Shown: piece after piece, positions 25,356 to 35,529 of the stretch
Numbering within the stretch: position 1 is the stretch's first letter
Layout: each line of letters begins with the position of its first letter
Assembly: GCA_037447605.1 (NCBI GenBank)
Contig: CM074807.1
Location: 2,242,327 to 2,306,326, forward strand
Direction: 5' to 3'
Source: Zygnema circumcarinatum SAG 698-1b
Lineage: Eukaryota; Plantae; Zygnematophyceae
DNA length: 64,000 nucleotides
The notes under the pieces: model-generated
The model's input: only the letters and a program-made list of their open reading frames with translations
Told to the model about the DNA's origin: nothing
Databases searched by the model: none
Program-made: the position numbers and the translations under genes

Positions 25356-28300
25356 ATGGATGCTCTTGCGACCAGCATGGCGACCATGGCGCCCGCCACC
25401 ACCGGGGCAGTGGCCCGGGCGGTGGAGCGCAAGAGCAGCGGCATCCCAGTGGCCAGATCTGCGCCTCTTGGAAGCTTCAATGGCCTGAGGAAGGCGTCCC
25501 TGCAGGGCTGCGCGAAGCCCCTGGCGAGCCGCGTGGCGGCGGCTGCTGTGCCGAAGATCACAGCTACTGCTACCATTGAGACGGCGGCGACCACCGATGT
25601 GGTTCTCTCTGAGAAGGTAAGCTGGAACGCTGGACTTCAGGGGGAGGCTGGTAGAGGCAGGAATAAGAACCGCCAAGGACGGAGGATCGTAAGAAAAGCA
25701 TGAAACGATCTGACAGGAAAGGAGGTGAGTTTGGCAGTGGATTTTGGATGATCCTGACATGAGCCATTGTTGGTGGCTGTGGCTATGCAGTGCATCAACG
25801 CCATCAGGTTCTTGGCCATTGATGCTGTGGAGAAGGCCAAGTCTGGACACCCGGGACTGCCCATGGGTTGCGCTCCCATGACTTATGTGCTCTTCAAGGA
25901 GTTCATGAAGTTCAACCCCAAGAACCCTTACTTCTTCAACAGGGATCGCTTCGTGCTGTCTGCCGGCCACGGGTGCATGCTGCAGTATGCCATTCTTCAC
26001 CTGTGCGGTTATGACAGTGTCACAGTAAGTCTGTCTTTCATACCTTGTAGATGCTGAGTAAGGTTCAAAATTATTTCGAGCGACTAGAAGATGAAGTAAT
26101 TCATACTCCTTTTTTGTCGTTTGTATTCACCTTGCCGACAGAACGTACTTCACTTCAGCATTTTGGCGCTTGCTGTTTGAATCCATGAGTTCTTGTTAGT
26201 CTCTCGCCCCTCAGCTTGCCTGATCCCTCATTTCCATTACCTTTTTTCAGATAGAAGACATTAAGCAGTTCAGGCAGTGGGAAGCCAAAACTCCTGGCCA
26301 TCCTGAGAACTTCATCACACCTGGTATCGAAGTCACCACTGGTAAGTAGTTTTGAGCTCAACAATGAACTGAGCGATGGTGGACCTTTGACGTGTTTTTT
26401 TTCCCTGTTTTTTTACAACGCACGCGGTTCTTGAATGGCGCCTGAACGTGATGGTTTATGTGATGGTTTCATGCTTTAATTTTCTTATGTTCATGTTTTG
26501 TACGGCAATATCTGAGATGCTGTGTTTGCGAGCAGGTCCTCTTGGGCAAGGTATTGCAAACGCTGTTGGACTTGCGTTGGCTGAGAAGCACATGGCAGCT
26601 CGCTTCAACAAGCCAGATGCAACTATCGTAGACCACTACACGTAAGCTATTTGTAGTACGGAGATTTTAGTCACCGATGCTTGGTAGGATACAAATGATG
26701 TGTGATCTGCTTTCTTCTATCGTAGATACTGTATTTACGTCTCTCTAAGCGAAAGCAGTCCTTATACTTTACTTTTGCTCTTCCCTGTTTGTTCTGCTTG
26801 TTAATCTGTGCTGTTCTGTTCTGTTCTTGTGCAGATACTGTATCCTTGGAGATGGGTGCAACATGGAGGGCATCTCTACTGAGGCTGCATCGCTTGCAGG
26901 ACATTGGGGTCTTGGCAAGCTCATTGCGATGTACGATGACAACCATATCTCCATTGATGGTGACACAAAGATTGCCTTCACAGAGGACGTTCAGGCTCGG
27001 TTTGACGCACTCGGCTGGCACACCATTCATGTCACAAATGGAAACACTGATCTGAACGCTATCCGAGCTGCCATTGAGGAAGCAAAGAGCGTAACCGACA
27101 AGCCCACTATGATCAAGGTCAGTTTGCTCTGCAAAACCGTTTGAACATGATTCGGCTTTGCTAACGTGGACCTCTGAATGATGGGTAAAGGTTGCGATGG
27201 TGGGTTCCTGAAGCTGGGAAGTGAACTCATTCATGAATTGTCTAGAGTTTGTTGGTGTTCAAGATTTTGGGAGTTTTGGACAATTCAGGCCTTCGAGTTT
27301 TCTTTGGTCCCAGCTGCCTGTAGTTGTACTTCAGGGATTCAGCATCTTCTTACTTTCTCTTTTTGTCTTAAATGCAGATCACCACCATTATTGGATATGG
27401 TTCTCCTGGCAAGGCCAACTCCTATGCAGTGCACGGTGCCGCGCTTGGTGGTTCTGAGGTTGCTGCCACTCGTGCGAACCTTAACTGGCCGTATGACCCT
27501 TTTGTCGTCCCGGAAGATGTTACGAGGTATGCCTCTATCCTTCATGAATTTTCGTTCTGAAAGGTATCCATCTGGAAAGCGGCGTGAATGCGGATTTTTT
27601 GAGTCTGTCGTTTTCGATGTGTTTGTGGATAATCGTATCGTTGCTTTGTTGATTCCATTTCCGTTGGAACATATGTCCTGGACTATTCCATGGATTGTCA
27701 TGTGCTGGAGATTGCCAGCAGCAGCCTGCCTGTCTCTGTTTATGTTGCTGGAGCAATCATATTCAGAGCGAGCTCGAAATGTGCCCCGCTTTTCGTTTGG
27801 GTGTGAATTTGGTAGTTTGGACCATGGCTTCTCTTCTATGGTCAGCTAATGATACTTCGTTTCTGCTGAGCGTGTTTTTTCTCGTTAGCATTTGCATTTT
27901 CTGACTGTTATTTTTTCCTTGTTGCAGCCACATGGGTGAGAAGATCTCCGAGGGTGCTGATGTGGAAAAAACTTGGAATGAGTCCCTTGCTGCATACGCG
28001 GCAAAGTATCCCGAAGAGGCGGCAGAGTTCAAGCAGCTCGTCAGCCTTGAGCTTCCTGCCGGATGGGCTGACGCCCTTCCTGTGAGTCGTCGACCCATAT
28101 CTTTGTAGAGCGAAAGTCTTAAATCACGTATTGCTGGCTGGAATGCATATGGAGTTTTTTTTCTAAGCTTAGGTATTGTAGCTTGTATTAGTATTGGTTG
28201 CCTATTGTCATGATTTTTTGACCATTTTGCCACTTGTTTGTGTAACAGAGATATACACCAGAATCTGCTGGCGACTCTACTCGCAATCTCTCCCAGGCGA

Positions 28301-29835
28301 TGCTGAATGCACTCTGCAATGTTCTGCCAGGCCTTGTGGGAGGCTCCGCTGATCTTGCTTCCTCCAACATGACCATCATGAAGAAGTTTGATGACTTCCA
28401 GAGTTACACTCCTGAGGGAAGGAACATCAGATTTGGTGTGCGTGAGCATGCCATGGGAGCCATCTGCAATGGCATTGCGCAACACCTTTCTGGTCTCATC
28501 CCATACTGTGCCACTTTCTTCATCTTCACCGACTACATGCGTGGAGCTATGCGTATCTCTGCTCTCAGCGAGACGGGTGTGATTTATGTGATGACCCACG
28601 ACTCTATTGGTCTTGGAGAGGACGGCCCCACACATCAGGCAAGCTAGTCGTGTCCTTTAGTTTGCTTCGTTTGCTCTATTTGGGTTTCTCTTTGTAGCTC
28701 TTTGCTGCTTTTGTTGTGCATTTTAATGAGGCAGGTCAGGTCAGGCAGGCAGGCAGACCGACATGTTATTTTGCTGTCCACAAATGTACCAGTTATATAG
28801 TGCTCGTCGATAATTTACGAATGCTTCACTCGTCTTGTTTCGTGTAGATGTGAAGGTCCTGTTGTTCAGGCATGATATTGTCTGACCTCGCTGCTTTCTC
28901 TGAGATGTGCAGCCGATCGAGCATCTGGCTTCATTCCGTGCCATGCCCAACACCCTGATGTTCAGGCCTGCCGATGGCAATGAAACTGCCGGAGCTTACA
29001 AGATCGCTGTAGAGAACAGGAAGAGGCCTTCAATATTGGCACTCTCTCGTCAGAAGCTTCCTCAGCTTGCCGGCACTTCCATCGAATCAGTGGCATTGGG
29101 CGGCTACACCGTCACGTGGGTTTCTAACCTTACTGCATGCATGGATAGCCTTAGTAGTTTTGAGGGCTATGAAACTATTTCTTGCTGGAATGTTTTCTGA
29201 CACATTGCTTTCTCCGGACTTTGTGAAGTGACTTAAAAGTGTGGAGGGTCGCTCTCTTGTATGTGACGCTCTAGGGCTGTTTTATCCAACCTCTAGAGCT
29301 GGTCGGGCTGGTATGATTACAAGTCTGCGCGCATTCTGGCTAGAAAGAACAAGTCATGGTCACCTAAAGAACCGTTGTCCGAACCAAGTTCAATTGAAGG
29401 GAAGCAGTGATATCAGAGACATGCACGAACTTTAGCTGACCTTTTCCCCCTGTTCTTCCCCCCTCCTGTTGCAGTGACGCAAGTGGCAAACCAGACCTCA
29501 TCATTCTGGCCACGGGCTCAGAATTGGAGCTGGCTGAGAAGGTCGCGAAGGTGTTCCGTGACGAGGGCAAGGGCGTGCGAGTGGTGTCCATGGTCTGCTG
29601 GGAGCTCTTCGAGGAGCAGTCCGCGGAGTACAAGGCCTCTGTGCTGCCGCCTGATGTCACTGCCAGAGTCAGCATTGAGGCCGGCTCTACATTCGGCTGG
29701 CACAAGTATGTCGGGGACTCGGGAGTGACTGTTGGAGTGGACACCTTTGGTGCTTCTGCGCCTGCAGAGATTTTGTATGAGGAGTTTGGATTTGGCGTTT
29801 CCACTATCGTTGAGAAGGTAAAGAAAATCCTTTAA
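25356..29835 (+). CDS. TKL: Plastid transketolase with N-terminal transit peptide
   Basis: ATG 25356 and an Ala/Ser/Thr-rich transit peptide, followed by [44 protein letters not shown], ThDP-binding [46 protein letters not shown], and [14 protein letters not shown] ends at 29835. Confidence 0.97.
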
Positions 29836-31021
29836 ATTTTTGAAGAAATGTAGTAGTCTCAAGACGATTGTAGGTTGTACCAAAGAAGTGCGCTCGCCAA
29901 TGCCCGCCTGGCGCAATCTGCACAGTTCTGCAGCCCAGGCTTCCGTAATTTTCTTTTAAAGTATTTTGTGAGTAGAGGGCGGAGCTGTGCTGCACCTGAA
30001 AGAAAGACAGCCCGCCCGCACGCATCAGTAGGCAGTGTGTAGACCCTATTATTTCACCATTTCAAAATCATCTGTTTGAAAAGAGGCCGCATTCGTCAGT
30101 GCGCCGCGTGTCGTTATGCGCGGGCGCGCGGGCTAACCCCTTGGATTCCGCTGCTTTTCGACTGCAAATATTTTTGGCTGCAAAGCAGTGTAGGCACTGC
30201 CTGAGGAGAGCAGTGGCAGATCAACCCACCGATCTCGGCGCCTTGAAAGGCTAATTTTTGCACTTGCAAGCTCTTTCGTCTGCTCTCATTTGCCGTGTCG
30301 CAAGCTTTGCCTGCCATGCACAGGCCATCGGTTGTTCCTTGTGAGTGATGCGAGGTGGGGGAGCGGACACAAAATGCTCGCCTTCAAGATGTATGACTGA
30401 TGATTGATGATGACTGTTGCACCCATGAGCATCTTGAATACCCTAAGTCTGGCGAGCAGTAATGTTTTCTTCCATGCTCTCACTGGCTGCCGCACTTCCC
30501 CTCGTGAAGGCGCGAGCGTGGCGCACGAGTCTGCCCTACATCCAATAATACTGAGGGAACAGCCAACCAAATATCGTGAGATAAATGCACATTTCTCTCC
30601 TATATCAGTACAATGTTAATTATAATTATAATAATAACAATTATACTGACTGCGTGGGAAGGCTCCGACCTCCCTCGCGCGCCGGTGGACGAGGCCGTGG
30701 GGACTGGCCAGGCCCAGGACCCCGCCCGACCGTATGGAACGTTCTATGGCCGTACAGTATATTCCACGGGAATGGCCGACAATGCGCCACATGTCACACG
30801 TGCAAGTGTCAGCGGCAGGCCGGATCCACCGACATAGTTTTACGCTGGCAAAGGCATGCCACGTGGCATGACAGTCAGCAGGGTCGACAGCGCGGGGCCG
30901 TCAGATGGGAGGGGTCGAAGGAACATCGACGATCAGTGCACAGCCACGTGGACAGCACGGGGTAATGGCGTCAGCACACGGCAGAAACTGTCCTTGAAAA
31001 GAATCGCGATTTTATGAGACG

Positions 31022-31275
31022 CGTGGTTTCATTCTTTCATCGTGGTTTCATAATTTCCTCGTGGTTTCATGTTTTCCTCGTGGTTTCACGCTTTCTTCTT
31101 GGTTTCATGCTTTCCTCGTGGTTTCATGCTTTCTTCGTGGTTGCATGCTTCCTTCGTGGTTTCATGCTTTCTTCGTGGTTGCATGCTTTCTTCGTGGTTT
31201 CATGCTTTCTTCGTGGTTTCATGCTTTCTTCGTGGTTGCATGCTTTCTTCGTGGTTTCGTGCTTACTTCGTGGTT
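31022..31275. repeat. 19-bp tandem minisatellite, consensus CGTGGTTTCATGCTTTCTT, 13 full units plus a partial unit
   Basis: Units parsed directly at a 19-nt period from 31022. The first units are more diverged; units 7, 9 and 12 carry TTGCATG instead of TTTCATG. Confidence 0.95.
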
Positions 31276-32761
31276 CTGTCGCTCGTGCTCCAGTGCAGGC
31301 CCCCTTCGCGAGAATACGGTGTGACTTTGGAGTTTGGAGTCTGGGCCCTCAAAACCCTGCAATCCTCGAAGCCCTGTCATAGCGACTGCGCGCCTCCCAC
31401 CGCCTGCCACGGCCTGCCTGCGCGCATGCTCTCTACCGTACTTTTTGCGCCGTACCGTACCATCTAAAGCGACAGAGCGCACCGCCAGTACCATGACAGC
31501 CGCTCGATATGGGCACACCCCTTGGGGCCCACAGATCCGGCTGCCTTATAATGGGCACCGCCATACGGTCGCCGATGTGCGCCAAGCGGCCCCGGCCGCC
31601 GCGCTGGCCTGTTTTGTCGCCACCCGCGCACGAGATTGTGTTGCGCCGCCGCTCGCTCGCCGCTCTCCGCCACGTGTCCGCAAGTGGACACGTGGGGTCG
31701 CCTCTTCGCCGGAAGGCAGCACCGTACGGCGGGCGGGCGGCCGGGCCGCAGGGCTCGAGCGCCGCGCGCGACGCTACGAGAAAGGTGGGCCACTCATAAC
31801 CTTCCACGTCAGTAATTATGACACGCGCCAGGCCCGGATTGGTCAGGTCACGAAGCGGTCACTGAGGCCGCTGACTCGAGCCAGCCAGTCCCCGGACGGC
31901 CGTGGGCGTGCCGGCCGGCCAGCGGCGGGGCCGTACGGACGAGTGGGCGTGTGGCGCCGCGGCCGCTCGCGGCGTAGGGAGGCCGAAGGGCCGCGGCCGG
32001 GGGCGAGGCCGAGGCCGAGGCCGCACGTGGCGCCGTGGGGCGAACGCACGTGCAAGCGTGGTTCGCGCTGTGACTGCGCGCATGGAGACGGGAGGGCGGC
32101 GACCTCCGGGCCTCCGGTACGCGCTGCCGCTGCCGTACTTGGAACGAGCGGTCAACGGGCGGTCAGCGGCGCGTCGGGCGGCCGGCCGCCATTCGCCCGC
32201 GGTGAGCGGCGCGTTGACCGGAAGACACGGGACGGCGCCGCCGGCCCTTCGCCGCGGCGGAACATAATTTCCAGGAATTACCGTAAGAAGTGTACAACGT
32301 TCAAATTTTTCAGCCGTAACTTTCGCGGTCTCGGATTCAAACTTGGCTGCTACGGATTACAGCGACGCAGGTTCGAAATCGACACCGATGAAGCAGTAGC
32401 AGTCAACGCCGAATTGGTTGAATTAGAGTGGGTCAGTTTAATACCTGCTGTAATTCCAACTGTGCAAAGGTTTCTATCACAGTACATCGTTTCATCGTTT
32501 CATCGTTTCGCTTAGCTAGCTTTAGTTTTGCTTATATCGGAAATGGAACAAAAGAAAAGCTTTGAGGGGAACACTGCTTCCAGGCCTAACAACAACACTG
32601 CTGAAGCCGACGCGAAGCAGCTTTGGCTTTGTACTGCTGCAATAGCAATGCTACAGGCGGCGGCTGCTGCGGGCTGGGGCCGCTCGGCGGGCCATAAGGA
32701 ACACTAGATAGCCCTCCTACCGTGCAGTGCGTCAGTACGTGCCAGCGAGCCAAGCAGCAGC

Positions 32762-32815
32762 AGCAGTCAGTCAGTCAGTCAGTCAGTCAGTCAGTCAGTC
32801 AGCCAGCCAGTCAGT
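32762..32815. repeat. (CAGT)n microsatellite; other short SSRs at ~21912-21945 (CAAT), 33545-33570 (CATGA), 35183-35225 (GGGC), 23070-23092 (GTT)
   Basis: Read directly from the sequence. Confidence 0.9.
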
Positions 32816-33337
32816 CATCCAGTCACGGCCGCCCGCCGCTCGCCGTCCCTCCGGCCCCCCGCCTTGAAGCCGCGCGCGGCCAATTTGGCCGATCGCATGC
32901 GCGACCAGTCCGCGGGTGCCACGCGTCGCCGCGGGCCCTCCCTGCCCGGCGGCAGACTGGTGACGTCAGCTCCCTGTGACGTCAGGATTCGACCACGTTC
33001 AAGGCGTCCTAGGCGCTGTGGCGGGCCGCTGCCACGTGGCCGGGTGGGCTGGCCGGCCCTGTGCCCAGCCTAGCCGGGCGGGCGGACGGGCGGCCACGTG
33101 GCCCCGGCCGCGGCCTTCAGCCTGTTCTCGTTGCAGCCCGCCCCCCGCCCCATATGCGGGCGGGCACCCGCCGGGGCGGCACCCGATTTGTACGGGCGGG
33201 CACGGACGGATCTGTTCTGGGCCCCGCCACGCGGGCGGGCGGGCGCATACGACGAGCACTGCTGCTGCGCACGCGCGCAACTCGCGGCGTACGGCAACCG
33301 AAGGGACGGAACCGTACGCCCGCGGGCGGGGGTTGAC

Positions 33338-33495
33338 CTCACGCTGGCGAGGCCATCGCGCTGCGGGGTTGAGTCGAGGCGTAGCTTTCCGCTCCTTAGC
33401 TTGTTTCTTTTGTGCTTAGGTCCTTTGCGACCAGTCCCTCGTGGTTCCACATGCTTCTTTTGTCCATGTACATTTGATGGCCTCGCCATCGTGAG
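33338..33495. repeat. Dispersed repeat copy bounded by a 20-bp inverted repeat
   Basis: CTCACGCTGGCGAGGCCATC (33338-33357) versus the reverse complement of 33476-33495 (19/20). The internal segment recurs at 34301-34342, 34203-34235, 17955-18060 and 18382-18436. Confidence 0.75.
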
Positions 33496-33668
33496 ATGAA
33501 TGCCCCATCTCTTCCATCAACGTGAAGCGGCATGCTGCCGGCATCACATGACATGACATGACATGACATCGCGGATGCCGGGAGGGGCGGGCCGGGGGGG
33601 AGGGGGGCAGGTCCTCCCTCCGTCCCTCCCCATGTCCGCGACCCGGCCCCTGCGCCCATGCTCATAAC

Positions 33669-34464
33669 CAGGCCTCCTCAAATAGGGGATTTTTATGGCC
33701 TAAGATATGGAACTGTCCCCTAAATTGGTTTTGAAAAAACCTGTAAATAAAGCATATACGGAGGATACATATGTACGGATGACGCTCTTTGAGCGGGCAT
33801 GTACTGCATACACATGGACATGTTCTATGTACTGCACTGCATTCATGGTCTGTTTGAGTAGTTGAAGCAATTCAATAGTTGAAGCCGTCGTCTTGTTGAG
33901 CCTCAAAGCAGTAGCAACGACAAGGGAGTAAGGACAATTATTATTTTATTTCAATTTCGGTTCCTATTTCAGTTTTAGTTTTTGCGGCTGAAACCCAGAA
34001 CTTTGGAGGTTATGATTTGGAATTTAGTTTTTGTGAGGAGCTTTTTAGACTATGATGGATTCTAAGAAGGTGATAGTTGGAGTAGTTCATGATGGGTCTT
34101 TGAACGTGTTCTGATTGATTCGTAGAAAATCCAATGTATAAAAGTCGAAGAATTTGCACCAATTTCGTAAGCCGTGTCGTTAAGCCACCAAGTAGATTCC
34201 ATCCATGTACATGTGATGACATCGCCATCGTGAGTGCAATGCCAATTCATTTTACGTTTTTTTAACCAAAACAAAGGAGAAAAGGGAAGGAAAATGGCAT
34301 TGTGGAACCACGAGGGACTGGTCGCAAAGGACCTAAGCACAAGCAAAGGGCTTTTTTACGGCTTTTATGTTATTTCAGGTTCAATCCCCTAAACTAATGT
34401 CAATTTGTCCTCTGAATAAGCTACTTACGATATTTATGGGAAATCCCTTATTCGTGGAGGCCTG
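33669..34464. mobile_element. Non-autonomous TIR element (MITE), hAT-like, 796 bp
   Basis: Left end CAGGCCTCCTCAAATAGGGGATTT versus reverse complement of right end CAGGCCTCCACGAATAAGGGATTT (20/24). The 8-nt flanks ctcataac / ctcgtaag match at 6/8. AT-rich non-coding interior set in GC-rich DNA. Confidence 0.65.
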
Positions 34465-34580
34465 CTCGTAAGTCATAACTCTCCCGCGCTGCCGTACGGC
34501 CGCCCGCCCGCCCGCCCAGGCGCGCCCGGCCCTACCACGGCTGGGCGCCGGCCCTTCCCTTCCGGCTTCCGGCCCGGCCA

Positions 34581-35018
34581 CGGGCATCGTCAAATTAAGG
34601 GATTTTTTGAAAGTAATCATTTAAATCCCTTAAGCAAAACTCGGATTTTTTTCCCTTAATAGAACCCGCCCCTTGTGGAAAAAATAAATAGAAAATGAGG
34701 CGTGCAAGGCTTACGGCTGAAACGAAATAGTGTCCGCCTGCCCGCCCGCCCGCAGGTCTCTGCCTGCCGGAGAATGATACTGCACCCCCTATTTTGGATT
34801 ACCCCACCCCCTTTTGAAAATTTTGCCATCTTGAGTTCAATGCCATTTTCTTTCTTTCTCGATGAACATTCGAATCCTAAGTACAAAGATAGTACAAAAA
34901 AGTACAAAAACATTACGTATAAGTACAAATCCCTTAATTCCCTTGAACAGAACTCAAAATTATCCCTTTGAGTTAAAATCCTGGGTTTTTATGGGATTTC
35001 CCTTATTGACGATGCCTG
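34581..35018. mobile_element. Second related MITE, hAT-like, 438 bp
   Basis: Left end CGGGCATCGTCAAATTAAGGGA versus reverse complement of right end CAGGCATCGTCAATAAGGGA. The 8-nt flanks cccggcca / gccggccc match at 6/8. AT-rich interior with repeated TCCCTT and AGTACAAA motifs. Confidence 0.65.
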
Positions 35019-35035
35019 GCCGGCCCGCGCCGCTG

Positions 35036-35095
35036 CCGTACTATCCGAGCGCGTACGAACCGTACACATGCGTACGGCCTGCGCGTGCCGTACGG
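35036..35095. promoter_or_regulatory. Dense CGTAC/GTACG cluster (SBP-domain / copper-response-element-like) upstream of the histidine kinase
   Basis: Five GTAC cores in 60 bp: CCGTAC 35036, CGTACG 35052, CCGTAC 35060, GTACGG 35072, CCGTACGG 35088. Confidence 0.45.
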
Positions 35096-35529
35096 CCTGG
35101 CGGGCCCCCGGCGCGGGGCGCGATCTGCGGGAGATCCCGCCGGCCGGGCGGCCCTGCGCCGACGCGCGCATTGATGGCGGCCGGCGGGCGGGCGGGCGGG
35201 CGGGCGGGCGGGCGGGCGGGCGGGCGGCGCCTGCCTGCCTGCCCTCCCGCGCGCGGAAGGCGCTGCTGAACCGCCACACGGCCGCGCGCAGGCATGGGCA
35301 TGGGCGGGAGGGGCGGGAGGAGGAGCACCAGGAGGAGCACGAGCAGGAGCAGGAGGAGCATGGCCATGGGCATGGGCATGGACACGGGCATGAACATGGC
35401 CATGGAGGGCGGGGCAGGAGAAGCGGGAGCGGGCCTTTAAGCTTTAGGGTTGCGGGATGGGACGGGGCCGGAGGTAGGAGGGAGGAGGGAGGAGGGAGGG
35501 AGGGAGGGAGGAGGAGGGCGCGTGCAGCG

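Noticed and set aside
31022-31275. 19-bp array as a CRISPR array, or its ORFs (31014-31467) as membrane proteins
   Set aside because: Units are head-to-tail with no unique spacers, there are no cas genes, and the context is eukaryotic. The periodic hydrophobic peptides come from the repeat.
32430-32475. Faint resemblance (gctgtaattccaact) to the conserved 18S rRNA GCGGTAATTCCAGCT segment
   Set aside because: Too short and mismatched, with no surrounding rRNA sequence.
31334-32515. 393-aa ORF and other overlapping ORFs in the GC-rich islands (31.3-33.5 kb, 34989-36011)
   Set aside because: Arg/Ala/Gly/Pro-rich, open in several frames on both strands, with no recognisable domain; typical GC-rich shadow ORFs.
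33338-33495. A self-contained 158-bp MITE defined by the 20-bp inverted repeat
   Set aside because: There is no target-site duplication, and similarity to other copies continues beyond 33495, so these are internal motifs of a larger family.
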